Shown here piece by piece: positions 10,054 through 21,117 of a stretch of DNA of 64,000 bases (the stretch's first letter is position 1; every line of letters begins with the position of its first letter). The position numbers were made by a program, and so were the translations under genes. The notes below the pieces were generated by a model. The model did no database searches. It was given only the letters and a program-made list of their open reading frames with translations, and had not been told where the DNA came from. The stretch is from an uncultured Acidobacteriota bacterium. GTDB taxonomy: Bacteria > Acidobacteriota > Polarisedimenticolia > J045. The DNA lies in contig CAVPCQ010000037.1 of the NCBI GenBank assembly GCA_963702425.1, positions 256,001-320,000 on the forward strand, given 5' to 3'.

Positions 10054-11322
10054 TCAGCCGGAGCGACGGCGGGTTTCCCGCGGCGGCAGGCCGAGCGCCT
10101 GCCAGAGCAGATAGAGGGCGGAGTGGGAAGCCAGCGCCGTGATCGACTCGCGGTCGAGCGGGTAGTGCATCGAGTGCACTGCTTCGTGGTCGGGAGTGCC
10201 GACCGCAAGGAAGACCAGGCCGACCGGCTTGGTCGGGGTCGCGCCGCCGGGCCCCGCAATCCCCGTGATCGAGAGTGCGCACGTCGCGTCGAGGCGTTCC
10301 CGGGCGCCGCGCATCATCGCCAGCGCGACCGGTTCGCTCACTGCACCGCAGCGCTCGATCAGGTCGGGCGCGACGCCGAGCAGGCGGATCTTTGCCTCGT
10401 TCGAGTAGGCGATGATCCCGCCGCGGAAGTAGCGCGATGCGCCCGGCACCGAGACGATCCGCTGCCCGAGCCGCCCGCCGGTGCACGACTCGGCGACGGC
10501 CAGCGACAGGCCGCGCGCCAGCAGTCGGCCCCCGACCGCCTGGGGCAGGCTCGTCCCGTCAAGGCTGACGAGGTGCTCGCCGAGGCCGCGCGCGAGGTGG
10601 GTGCGGACCTCCTTCTCGGTCGCGTCGAGTTCCTCCGGGGTGGCCGCGGTGAGGGTGAAGGTGATGTTGAGCACGCCCAGCGACGGGAGGATCGAGACCG
10701 CGACGCCGGGACGCCGGTACCATGGCGCGAGCACGGGCTCCGCCGCCGCCTCGGGGAGCCCGGCGGCGACCGCTCGCACGAGGCGCGTCGCCGGGCGGTT
10801 CGGAAAGCGCTCCGCCACGCGCGGGAGGACCCCGTCCTCGAGCATTTGCGCGAACTCGGGCGGTACCCCCGGCAGCAGCGCGATCAGCTTGCCGCCGGTT
10901 TCGACCAGCGTGCCGCAGGCGAGCCCGCGGGCATTGGCGATCGCCTCGCCCCCCTCGACGACGTGCGCCTGGCGTCGCGAGTGGTCCGACATCGCGCGAC
11001 CGCGCGCGACGAGCCGGCGCTCCAGCTCGGCCAGCCAGTCGGCCTCGAGCCGCACGCCGCGCCCGAGTGCGTGGGCCACCCCTTCGCGCGTCAGGTCGTC
11101 GCCGGTCGGCCCCAGCCCGCCCGACAGCAGCACGATGTCGGAGGTCGCGAGCGCCGCGCCCACCGCGGCGGCGATCGAGGCCTCACTGTCCTCGACGCGC
11201 ACGATCTGTGAGAGCGGGATCCCGAGCTCGGCCAGCCGTTCGCGCGCGAGTGGGCCGTTGGCGTCCACCCGGCGCGGGTCGAGCATCTCGGAGCCGACGA
11301 TCAGCAACGCCGCCTTCGTCAC
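10054..11322 (-). CDS. cinA: CinA / NMN amidohydrolase PncC (MoCF-binding + CinA domains)
   Basis: GGLGPTGDDLTRE, LPGVPPE, AVAESCTGG, GAVSE.VA..M, SITGIAGPGG. Confidence 0.93.
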   Translation of the reverse strand: MTKAALLIVGSEMLDPRRVDANGPLARERLAELGIPLSQIVRVEDSEASIAAAVGAALATSDIVLLSGGLGPTGDDLTREGVAHALGRGVRLEADWLAELERRLVARGRAMSDHSRRQAHVVEGGEAIANARGLACGTLVETGGKLIALLPGVPPEFAQMLEDGVLPRVAERFPNRPATRLVRAVAAGLPEAAAEPVLAPWYRRPGVAVSILPSLGVLNITFTLTAATPEELDATEKEVRTHLARGLGEHLVSLDGTSLPQAVGGRLLARGLSLAVAESCTGGRLGQRIVSVPGASRYFRGGIIAYSNEAKIRLLGVAPDLIERCGAVSEPVALAMMRGARERLDATCALSITGIAGPGGATPTKPVGLVFLAVGTPDHEAVHSMHYPLDRESITALASHSALYLLWQALGLPPRETRRRSG

Positions 11323-11328
11323 CGCGGG

Positions 11329-11706
11329 CTAGCCTCCGGCACGCTTGGCGGGGAAGCCGCGCTGCTCCAGCTCGGCGACGAGCCGCTCCGCGTGGTCTCC
11401 CTGCAGCTCGAGCGCGAAGGCCGGCGCGCCGTCGGGACCGGCGAACGTGGCCAGCGTGCCGCCGCTGCCGCAGGTCCGCTTCAACTCGGCGAGCAGCGCG
11501 GCCGCATCGGGACGCGCGAGGTAGAGGGGACCCGCGGTGGTGACGGTCTTGCCGGCGCGGCCGGCTTTCTCGCGTCGCACCCGCAGCCGGTGATCGCGCG
11601 GAGCCCGCACGGACGGTCCGGCCGCGGCGTCCGCCGGCGTCCGCGCGGCGCCCGCTCCGGACGGTCCCGTGCTGTAGACCAGGCGACCTTTGTGCAGCGG
11701 GCCCAT
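11329..11706 (-). CDS. SUI1/YciH translation initiation factor
   Basis: LVYSTG, REKAGRAGKTVT, LKRTCGSGGT, ELQGDH, AKRAGG C-terminus. Confidence 0.88.
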   Translation of the reverse strand: MGPLHKGRLVYSTGPSGAGAARTPADAAAGPSVRAPRDHRLRVRREKAGRAGKTVTTAGPLYLARPDAAALLAELKRTCGSGGTLATFAGPDGAPAFALELQGDHAERLVAELEQRGFPAKRAGG

Positions 11707-11792
11707 CGCGAAGTGACCTCGACCGAACGGCCCGCGAGGTTAGCACGCGGCCCGGGTCGCCACCGCGCCCGTTTTGCGCCGACAATGCGGGC

Positions 11793-12881
11793 GTGATCGG
11801 TCCCTTCACGCACGGCGAGGACGCGTTCCTCGAGCGGCTGCGGCAGCGCTTCGCCGTGCTCGGGGCCCCCCGCGGGGGCCTCGGGATCGGCGACGATGCG
11901 GCGCTGCTGCCGGGGCGCCCGCGCCGGGTCGTGACGACCGATCTGCTGATCGAAGGCCAGCACTTCCGCTTCGACCTGCTCGATCCGGCCGACCTCGCGG
12001 TGCGTGCGCTGGAGGTGAACCTCTCCGACGTCGCCGCGATGGGCGCGCGGCCCGAGGCGGCCTTCCTCGGCCTGGGCTGGCCGCGCGGGGCGTCCTCCGA
12101 ACGACGCCTTCTGCGATTCCTCGAGGCCCTCCTCGCGGCCTGCGTCGCGCGCCGTGTCCCGCTGCTCGGCGGCGACACCGTGCGCGTCCCGGCCGGCGCG
12201 ACGACCGTGGCCCTCACCGTGACCGGCATCCCGTACCCCGGCGGGCCGGTGCTGCGCTCGGGCGGGCGCCCCGGGGACGCGCTCGTCGTGACCGGCGCAC
12301 TCGGGGGGTCCGCGCTCGGGCTGGCGCTCCTGGAGCGGTGGATTCGCCCGCCGCGCGACGCCGCGTCGCGGCGCCTGGCGGCGGCCGCGGTGGCCCGCTT
12401 CCGCCGGCCCGAGGCGCGGCTCGCCGCGGCCCGGCCGATGGCGGGCGCCGCGCGCGCGCTGATCGACCTGTCGGACGGGATCGGGCTCGACCTCCCGCGC
12501 CTCGCGCGAGCCAGCGGCTGCGGGTTCGAAGTGACGCGGGAACACGTTCCGATCGATCCCGCCGCGGCACGGCTGCTGCCGCCCGCGGCGGCGCGGCGTT
12601 TGGCGCTCGGCGGGGGAGAGGACTTCGAACTGCTCGCGGCGGTCCCGCCGGGCCGGCTCTCCGGCCTGCTCCGGCGGCTCGCGGCCGAGGGGATCCCCGC
12701 GGTCTCCATCGGACGGCTCCTCCCCGCCGGGGCCGGCGGCCGGCTGCGGGTCGGAAAGGCCTGCCGGCGCTGGGTTGCGGCCGGTTGGGACCCCTTCCGC
12801 GCCGGTCGCCGGACGGCCCTAGACGCTGCCGCCCCGCGGCCCGTAGTTCCTGGTGGACGGCGGAGGCCCGCGGCCGGATGA
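11793..12881 (+). CDS. thiL: Thiamine-monophosphate kinase
   Basis: GIGDDAA, TTDLLIEGQHF, VNLSDVAAMGA.P, GGDT, IDLSDG, GGEDFELL. Confidence 0.93.
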   Translation: MIGPFTHGEDAFLERLRQRFAVLGAPRGGLGIGDDAALLPGRPRRVVTTDLLIEGQHFRFDLLDPADLAVRALEVNLSDVAAMGARPEAAFLGLGWPRGASSERRLLRFLEALLAACVARRVPLLGGDTVRVPAGATTVALTVTGIPYPGGPVLRSGGRPGDALVVTGALGGSALGLALLERWIRPPRDAASRRLAAAAVARFRRPEARLAAARPMAGAARALIDLSDGIGLDLPRLARASGCGFEVTREHVPIDPAAARLLPPAAARRLALGGGEDFELLAAVPPGRLSGLLRRLAAEGIPAVSIGRLLPAGAGGRLRVGKACRRWVAAGWDPFRAGRRTALDAAAPRPVVPGGRRRPAAG

Positions 12882-13501
12882 GCGGCGAAGCGGACCTCAT
12901 CGTTCGGGCGGCGGCCGGGGACCGGGAGGCGTTCGACGCCCTGATCGCCCCGCGCTGGGAGCGGCTCCACCGGATCGCCGGGCGGATCATCGGCGACTGG
13001 GACGAGGCGCGGGACGTCGCCCAGCAGGTGGCGCTTCGGCTGTGGCAGACGCTCTCACGCTTTCGGCCCGGCGAAGACCTAGACGGCTGGATCTACAGGA
13101 TGACGGTGAACCTCGCGATCGATGAACTGCGCAAGCGCCAGGCCCGGCGGGAAGACCTGCTGGCCGAGCTGCCCGATGCCGTCCTGCCGTCGCCGGCGGG
13201 CGGGCGGCGCGATCCGCTGGACCAGGTGCTCGCGCAGGAGCTGGAAGCGGCGCTCGACGACTGCACGCGCGAGCTCTCGCCGCGCCAGAAGGCGGTCTTC
13301 GTGCTGGCCCGCGTCGAGGGGCTGGAGCCGTCGGAGATCGCGCGACTGATGGAGCTGGCGCCGTCGACCGTGCGGAATCACCTCTTCCAGGCGCGCGGCG
13401 CGGTGGCGCGGCGCCTGCGGGTCCGTTACCCGGAGCTCTGCGCCTCGTGGATCGTGGCCGGAGACGAGTCCCCGGACGGCGGGGACGGGACGCCGTCGTG
13501 A
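12878..13501 (+). CDS. ECF RNA polymerase sigma factor
   Basis: GDREAFDAL, ARDVAQ, WIYRMTVNLAID (region 2); LSPRQKAVFVL..EG..EIA..STVRNHLFQAR (region 4). Confidence 0.92.
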   Translation: MSGEADLIVRAAAGDREAFDALIAPRWERLHRIAGRIIGDWDEARDVAQQVALRLWQTLSRFRPGEDLDGWIYRMTVNLAIDELRKRQARREDLLAELPDAVLPSPAGGRRDPLDQVLAQELEAALDDCTRELSPRQKAVFVLARVEGLEPSEIARLMELAPSTVRNHLFQARGAVARRLRVRYPELCASWIVAGDESPDGGDGTPS

Positions 13502-13992
13502 GCCGCGTGCCCGGCACGGAGCACCTCACGGCCGAGCGGGCTGCGACGATCGCCGCGATCGCGCGCCCGTCCGCGGCCGAGGCCGCGCATCTGCGCGCCT
13601 GCGCCGCCTGCCGGGGCGCGCTCGCGGCGCACGACCCCTCCGCGATCTTCGCGCTGCTGGCCCACGTGCCGCCGCCCCGAGCGGCCCCCGTGCTGAGCGC
13701 CCTGGATCTGCCGGCACCCGCCCGCCGGGCGCTGCCGTCGGCGCCGGCCGTCTCGCGCCTGCTCCTCGCGGCGGCTGCCGTGCTGCTCGCTGCCGCCGCG
13801 CTCGTTCCGCTGCTCGCGCGGAAACTGCCTGCGGCGACGGACAGCGTGATTGCCGCGCAGGCGGAGCGCTCGCGCACGGCGAGCGTCGTGCGCCGGGTCG
13901 ATCAGCCCGGCGCACGGATCGTCACGCTTCTTCCGCCGAGTCCGGACGCCCCGTCCGTGACCATGATTCTCGGCACGGAGATCGACCTGTGA
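13498..13992 (+). CDS. Zinc-binding (ZAS) membrane anti-sigma factor
   Basis: HLRACAACR (HxxxCxxC), one TM segment, GTGA overlap with the sigma gene. Confidence 0.8.
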   Translation: MSRVPGTEHLTAERAATIAAIARPSAAEAAHLRACAACRGALAAHDPSAIFALLAHVPPPRAAPVLSALDLPAPARRALPSAPAVSRLLLAAAAVLLAAAALVPLLARKLPAATDSVIAAQAERSRTASVVRRVDQPGARIVTLLPPSPDAPSVTMILGTEIDL

Positions 13993-14759
13993 ACCGCGTC
14001 GTGACCATCCCGCTGCTCGCGGCCGCGCTGCTGGCCGGGCTCTCGACCGCCGGAACGGCCGCCGGGCCGGAGACCGGCGGCGAGCCGGCGTGCGACGGCA
14101 AGTCGATCCAGGCGCGCGTCATCGCCGTGCGCTACAAGCCGCTCTCCGAGGCCTCGGCGGTCGTGGAAGAACTGCTCGGGCCCTGCGGTGCCGTGCGGGT
14201 ACCGAAGTCCTCGCGCCTGCTGACCGTCGAGGACGAGCCGGAGCGGCTGGACCGGATCGCGCGGGCGCTGTCGGCGTGGGACACCCCGCCGCGCGCGGTG
14301 GACATGTCGATCAGCCTGATCCTCGCGACGCGTGACCCGGCCCCGGCGGGAGGAATCGCCCGGGAACTGCGGGGCGTGTCGGAGTCGCTCTCGCAGCTCA
14401 CGCGCTACACCAGTTTCAAACTGCTCTCTTCGACCACGCTGCGCGCGATGGAAGGGAAGCGCGCCGAGGCGGCGCTCGGCGAGCGCTACTCGGTCGCTTT
14501 CCGCGTCGCCTCCGTCGATCGCGAGCGCGGCGTCGTGACGATCGAGACCTTCGACCTGCTCGAGCAGCCCGCTTCCGGGGAAGCCGGGGCGGCGGGCGCG
14601 TCGCCGCGGACGATCCTGCGGCTCGAGCTGGCGCTCACGCACGGCCGCGAGGAACTCGTGGGGGCGCCGGGCCGCCGCCAGGACCGCGCGATCTTCATCG
14701 CGCTGAAGGCGGTCGACGCCGGCGACGGCGCCGAACTCGCGCCGGGGCCGGGGCGCTGA
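13989..14759 (+). CDS. Exported protein with secretin N-terminal (NolW-like) domain, no secretin barrel
   Basis: Signal peptide; RVIAVRYK..LLTVEDEPERLDRIARALSAWDTPPRAV resembles the secretin N3 repeat. Confidence 0.6.
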   Translation: MNRVVTIPLLAAALLAGLSTAGTAAGPETGGEPACDGKSIQARVIAVRYKPLSEASAVVEELLGPCGAVRVPKSSRLLTVEDEPERLDRIARALSAWDTPPRAVDMSISLILATRDPAPAGGIARELRGVSESLSQLTRYTSFKLLSSTTLRAMEGKRAEAALGERYSVAFRVASVDRERGVVTIETFDLLEQPASGEAGAAGASPRTILRLELALTHGREELVGAPGRRQDRAIFIALKAVDAGDGAELAPGPGR

Positions 14760-14761
14760 CG

Positions 14762-15976
14762 ATGCCGATCTTCCGCTGCCGCTTGGCGACGACGACCGGA
14801 GAGATCGTCGACCGGGAGTTCGAAGCCTCCGAGCCGGGCACGCTGCGGCGCGAGCTGGAGCGGCAGGAGTTCCTGGTCCTGTCGATCCAGAAGCGCTCCA
14901 CCGTCGCATCCGCCTTCGGTGGACTCCTGAAGCGGCGCAAGTCGGTGAAGATGAGCGAGTTCCTGTTCTTCAACCAGGAATTCGTCGCGCTGATTCGCGC
15001 CGGGCTGCCGATCGTCGAATGCCTGACGCTGCTCATCGAGCGCCGGCAGAACCCGGTCTTCAAGCAGGCGCTCGAGGACGTCCGCAATCGCGTGCGGACC
15101 GGCGAGGCGCTCTCTGACGCGTTCGCGGCGCAGGGGGTCTTTCCGCCGCTCTACTCCAGCACGGTCGCGTCCGGCGAGCGCAGCGGCGAGATCGCGACCG
15201 TGCTCCAGCGCTACGTGACGTACAGCAAGACGATTCTGACGGTGCGCAAGAAGGTGCTCGCGGCGCTGACCTACCCGGCGATCCTGATCGCGCTGTCGGT
15301 GGTCCTGGTGGTCGTCCTGCTGACCTATGTGCTGCCCAACTTCCAGGACTTCTTCAGCGACTTCGGGGCCGAGCTGCCGCTGATCACGCGGGCGGTGCTG
15401 GGGGCCTCGACGATGCTCCGCAGCTGGTGGTTCGTCTGGCTCGGAGTGATCGTCGGCAGCGTGGCGCTGATCACGGTCTGGCGCCGCACTCCGTCGGGGC
15501 AACGGGGCCTCGAGGCGATCGTCTACCGTCTGCCCGTGATCGGATCGATCGCGCGCAAGTTCGTCGTCACGCGCTTCGCGCGCACGCTCGGCACCCTGGT
15601 CTCCGGCGGCATCCCGATGGTGACCGGGCTCGAGATCGTCTCGCGGGCGATCGGGACCCCGATCTACGGGCAGGCGATCGCCCGCGTGGCCGGGAAGATC
15701 CGCGAGGGGGCGGCGCTCTGGTCCTCGCTCGAGGAGACCGGGCTGTTCCCGGACATGCTGATCGAGATGGTCAAGGTCGGGGAGTCGTCCGGCACCGTGG
15801 CCGAGATGCTCGACCACGTCGGCAACTTCACCGACGAGGAGATCGAGCACGAGCTGCAGACGCTGGTGTCGCTGGTCGAACCGGCGCTCCTGGTGGGCAT
15901 GGCCGTCGTGGTCGGACTGCTCCTGTTCTCGATCTACTACCCTCTACTCCAGGTGGTCGGGAACCTGGGAGCCTAG
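14762..15976 (+). CDS. pilC: T2SS/T4P inner membrane platform protein PilC/GspF
   Basis: AGLPI, GE.LSDA, GERSG, ALTYP, VGESSG, EPALLV. Confidence 0.93.
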   Translation: MPIFRCRLATTTGEIVDREFEASEPGTLRRELERQEFLVLSIQKRSTVASAFGGLLKRRKSVKMSEFLFFNQEFVALIRAGLPIVECLTLLIERRQNPVFKQALEDVRNRVRTGEALSDAFAAQGVFPPLYSSTVASGERSGEIATVLQRYVTYSKTILTVRKKVLAALTYPAILIALSVVLVVVLLTYVLPNFQDFFSDFGAELPLITRAVLGASTMLRSWWFVWLGVIVGSVALITVWRRTPSGQRGLEAIVYRLPVIGSIARKFVVTRFARTLGTLVSGGIPMVTGLEIVSRAIGTPIYGQAIARVAGKIREGAALWSSLEETGLFPDMLIEMVKVGESSGTVAEMLDHVGNFTDEEIEHELQTLVSLVEPALLVGMAVVVGLLLFSIYYPLLQVVGNLGA

Positions 15977-15988
15977 GGAGCGGCCGCG

Positions 15989-17623
<1,635 letters not shown>

Positions 17624-17654
17624 CCGGCGGCATCGCAGAGGAGACGGAAGCGGA

Positions 17655-18683
17655 ATGGACATGAAGGTCATCGGCGAGCAGCTCGAGCGGCTGATTCCGG
17701 CCCGCGTACGCGACGCGGCGTGGATGCGCCCGAGCTATCCGCTCGTCGCCGTCGAGTTGCGCGACGACGCCGTCGTCACGGTCCGCGTGACGCGCCAGCG
17801 CGGCCAGTATCACCTCGGCGGGTACGGCCACCGCGCGCTCCGCGAGGGGGTGTTCTCGCCGGGCCTGATGAAGTCCCAGTTCGACGACCCGTCGGCCTTC
17901 GCACGGGCGGTGCTCGAGAGCCTGCAGCTGGCGGGAGCGACCGGCAGTCCGAGAATCTCGCTCGCGGTGCCCGACACGATCGCGCGGGTCTTCCTGGTCG
18001 ACCTCGAGGAGCTGCCGGCGGCCTGGCGCCAGGCCACCGAGATGATCCGCTGGCGGATCAAGAAGTCGATCCCGTTCCGCGTCGAAGAGGCACGGCTTTC
18101 GTGGCAGCAGATCGGCAAGGCCGAGGACGGCCGGATCCAGGTCCTGGTGGCCGTGGCTCCCGACGCGAGCCTGCGGCCGATCGAGGACCTGCTGACGGCC
18201 GCCGGCCTGCGGGTCGGCTTGATCGACCTCTCGAGCTTCGCGCTGCTCAGCGCGATCCGACTCGCGGACGCGGGCGAACCCGGCGCGGCGCCGGCCGGCG
18301 ACTCCGCCCTGATCAACGCCACGCCGACGTTCTTCAGCGTCACGCTGACCCGCGAGGGACGGCTGCTCCTCTACCGCTCCAAGTCGTATCACCTGTCGGG
18401 AGGGTTCCAGGGCGAGGAGAGCCTGCGGGTCGTCGGTCGCGAGCTGAAGTCGACGCTGTCCTACTACGAGGAGCACCTGATCGGGCGCGGGATCGGGTCG
18501 ACCGTCCTGCGCGCCGCCGGCGTCGCGGTCGAGCCCCTGGCCGAAATCGCGCGGGAGGCGGGTTTCAGCGGGGTGCGGATCGCCGCGGCTCCGAAGACGC
18601 TCCCCGAGCTGCGGGGCTTGCCGGACGGGACCGTCCCGGAGCTGCTCCCCGCCGTCGGGCTGGCGCTGCGGAGGTTGGCGTGA
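17655..18683 (+). CDS. pilM: PilM-like cytoplasmic assembly protein
   Basis: Operon position; actin-like features (AVELRDD, SIPFR.EEA, AGLRVGLID). Confidence 0.7.
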   Translation: MDMKVIGEQLERLIPARVRDAAWMRPSYPLVAVELRDDAVVTVRVTRQRGQYHLGGYGHRALREGVFSPGLMKSQFDDPSAFARAVLESLQLAGATGSPRISLAVPDTIARVFLVDLEELPAAWRQATEMIRWRIKKSIPFRVEEARLSWQQIGKAEDGRIQVLVAVAPDASLRPIEDLLTAAGLRVGLIDLSSFALLSAIRLADAGEPGAAPAGDSALINATPTFFSVTLTREGRLLLYRSKSYHLSGGFQGEESLRVVGRELKSTLSYYEEHLIGRGIGSTVLRAAGVAVEPLAEIAREAGFSGVRIAAAPKTLPELRGLPDGTVPELLPAVGLALRRLA

Positions 18684-19708
18684 GGACGGTCGACATCAAT
18701 CTCGCGTCGAATCCCTTCCGCAACGACAAGCCGATCTGGGCGGTGCTCGGTCTATTCGGCGCGCTCGCGCTCGGCTTCACCGGCTACAACGCGTGGGCCT
18801 ACCTGACCGCCGGCTCGCGGCAGGCGCAGCTCGAGCAGGAGATCGCCGGGCACCGCAAGCGGATGCACGAGATGAAGGCCGAGGCAGACGCACTGCAGGC
18901 CGCGCTTGCCAAGGTGGACGAAGAGACCCTCTCCTCGCAGGCCGAGTTCGTCTCGTCGATCCTCGACCAGCGGAACTTCTCCTGGACCCACCTGTTCAAC
19001 GCCCTCGAAACGACCACCCCGTGGGACGTCAAGCTGCTCTCGATCCGGCCGCAGTTCGAGGTGATCAATCGCCGCACCGGCGAGGGCCGCTTCCGGATCC
19101 AGGTTTCCGGCATCGGCCGGACTTTCGACAGCTTCCTCGACCTGCAGGAGTCGCTGCAGGGCGCCGAGCTCTTCTCCGAGGTGACCCCCGAGGAATACGA
19201 GCGGCAGGGCGACGACCGCGTCGACTTCAACATGGCATTCACCTACACGCCGCCGAAGGTCGAGCCCGGCGAGTCGACTACTGCGGACGGATCGAGCGCG
19301 ATCGCCGGAAAGGAAGAGGAGCTCCCGGGCTGGCCCACGGAATCCGACGAGACGGGGTCGGCCGACGAGTCGGGACCGGCCGACGCCGCGGCGGTCGACG
19401 CGGACTCCGCCCCGGCGAGCCCGGGTCCGGGCGTGCCGCCACCGGCCGACCGAGGCGCAGCTCAGGCCGCGGCCGGGGTGCAGGGCCAGCCGGCCGCGAT
19501 CGATCCGGGCGCCAACCCGGTGGTCGCACTTCCCGCGGGTCCGGCCGCCGTTCCGGCCGAGAGCGCCGCCGCCGACGAGCTCCGCGAGAACGAGATCAGG
19601 CAGCCGAACAAGCGGCGGCTCGACCCGAACCGCAATCCCGGGGCCGGCCGCCGGAAGCGGCCGCCAGCCGCGGCGCCCTCCGAGCCGCCGGCCGGAGCCG
19701 ACCGGTGA
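18680..19708 (+). CDS. pilN: PilN-like protein with long acidic/Pro-Ala C-terminal tail
   Basis: INLASNPF motif, TM, coiled coil, SWT.LFNALE..TPWDVKLLSI. Confidence 0.78.
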   Translation: MRTVDINLASNPFRNDKPIWAVLGLFGALALGFTGYNAWAYLTAGSRQAQLEQEIAGHRKRMHEMKAEADALQAALAKVDEETLSSQAEFVSSILDQRNFSWTHLFNALETTTPWDVKLLSIRPQFEVINRRTGEGRFRIQVSGIGRTFDSFLDLQESLQGAELFSEVTPEEYERQGDDRVDFNMAFTYTPPKVEPGESTTADGSSAIAGKEEELPGWPTESDETGSADESGPADAAAVDADSAPASPGPGVPPPADRGAAQAAAGVQGQPAAIDPGANPVVALPAGPAAVPAESAAADELRENEIRQPNKRRLDPNRNPGAGRRKRPPAAAPSEPPAGADR

Positions 19709-20409
19709 GCGCCCCCGCACCCAACGGCGGAGTGCCGACCCGTCCGGCGCGGCCTCCCGGGCAACGCTTCGACGTCCGCCAGGCGGCGCCCCGGCTGCTG
19801 CTGCTGCTGCTTGCGCTGCTCGTGCTCAACGGCATCCTGTGGACCCTCTTCATTCGCCCCCGCCAGGCCGAGATCACGCGGATCGAGAGCGAGAAGCAGG
19901 GCGACGCCGCGACCGAGAAGAAGTCGGCGGTGGCGCTGGCCCAGCTGCAGAAGGTCCACGACCATGTGGTCGGAATCCAGGAGGGAGTGAACCGCTTCTA
20001 CGACCAGATGCTGGCCACCAAGCGCGACCGGATGGTGCCGTTCCAGCGCGCCCTCGACGGGGTCGGTAGCGAATTCAACGTCCGCGCGGAGCGGGTCCAG
20101 GTCGGCACCCAGGCGCTGGCGGCCGAGGGGATCGAGGCCATGGCCTTCAGCTTCCCGCTGACCGCCGGCTACGAGAATCTCCGCCAGTTCCTGGCGCGGC
20201 TCGAAGAGCTCGATCAGTTCCTGATCGTGCGCCAGGTCAGCCTCGGCGGCGGTTCGGAGGGCGGGCGCCTGCTGCAGCTGAGCGTCGATGTCGAGACCTA
20301 CTTCAACGCGCCGGAGCTGCGGCGGGCCTACGAGGCCGACCGCGCGGCGAAGGCGTCGAAGCGCGGCACGAGCCCGCGGCGGCCGGTGCGCGCGGGAGCG
20401 ACGCGATGA
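19705..20409 (+). CDS. pilO: PilO/GspM-like protein
   Basis: N-terminal TM, coiled coil, GYENLRQFLARLE..FLIVRQV. Confidence 0.75.
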   Translation: MSAPAPNGGVPTRPARPPGQRFDVRQAAPRLLLLLLALLVLNGILWTLFIRPRQAEITRIESEKQGDAATEKKSAVALAQLQKVHDHVVGIQEGVNRFYDQMLATKRDRMVPFQRALDGVGSEFNVRAERVQVGTQALAAEGIEAMAFSFPLTAGYENLRQFLARLEELDQFLIVRQVSLGGGSEGGRLLQLSVDVETYFNAPELRRAYEADRAAKASKRGTSPRRPVRAGATR

Positions 20410-21086
20410 AGATCGCCGAGGCCCAGCGCCAGCAGGTGCTGCTGCTGATACTCCTCGCGGTCGCGGTCACGGCCCTGGGTTGGAATTACCGGGCCGCGCT
20501 CTTCGGGAGGGACGCGGCAGGGGCGGCGCGCGAACAGACCGACACGGTCGCGCCGCTCGACAAGCGGCTGGCCGCGATGCTCGAGGTCCCGTCGATCCCG
20601 CTCGAACGGCCGGACGTGGAGGAGGCCTACGACCGGCAGCGCAACCTGTTCGAGTTCAGCCAGAGCCCGGAGGCGATTGCCGCCGAGCAGGCACGGAAGG
20701 ACGCCGAGCGCCGCGCCGAGGTCGAGCGCGCGGAACGCGAGGCCCGGATGGCCAGGGAACGGCAGGTCGAAGCGGCTCGCCGCGCGCTCCTGCCGCCCGA
20801 GCCGCCGCCGCCGCCTCCGCCGCCTCCTCCTCCGCAGCCGCCGGCGTTCCGCTACACGTACGTGGCCCGCATCGCGAAGCTGCAGCAGGATGAGGAGTAC
20901 CTCGCTGTGCTGCAGAAGAAGGAAGGCAAGACGACGACCGAGATCGTCCGGGTGGGCGACGTGCTCGACAGCCAGTTCGTGGTGAAGAAGATCGACATCG
21001 ATCAGGTGGTCGTGAGCTACACGGACCCGCGTTTTTCGGACCAGACGCAGAGCGTGCGCCTGATCCCGGCGGCCCCCAAGCGCTAG
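20406..21086 (+). CDS. PilP/GspC-like protein
   Basis: TM, RNLFEF, poly-Pro, IVRVGDVL..FVVKKI beta domain; lies just before the secretin. Confidence 0.65.
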   Translation: MKIAEAQRQQVLLLILLAVAVTALGWNYRAALFGRDAAGAAREQTDTVAPLDKRLAAMLEVPSIPLERPDVEEAYDRQRNLFEFSQSPEAIAAEQARKDAERRAEVERAEREARMARERQVEAARRALLPPEPPPPPPPPPPPQPPAFRYTYVARIAKLQQDEEYLAVLQKKEGKTTTEIVRVGDVLDSQFVVKKIDIDQVVVSYTDPRFSDQTQSVRLIPAAPKR

Positions 21087-21117
21087 TGACGCCGGCGCTC
21101 GAGACGGAGGCAGGACG

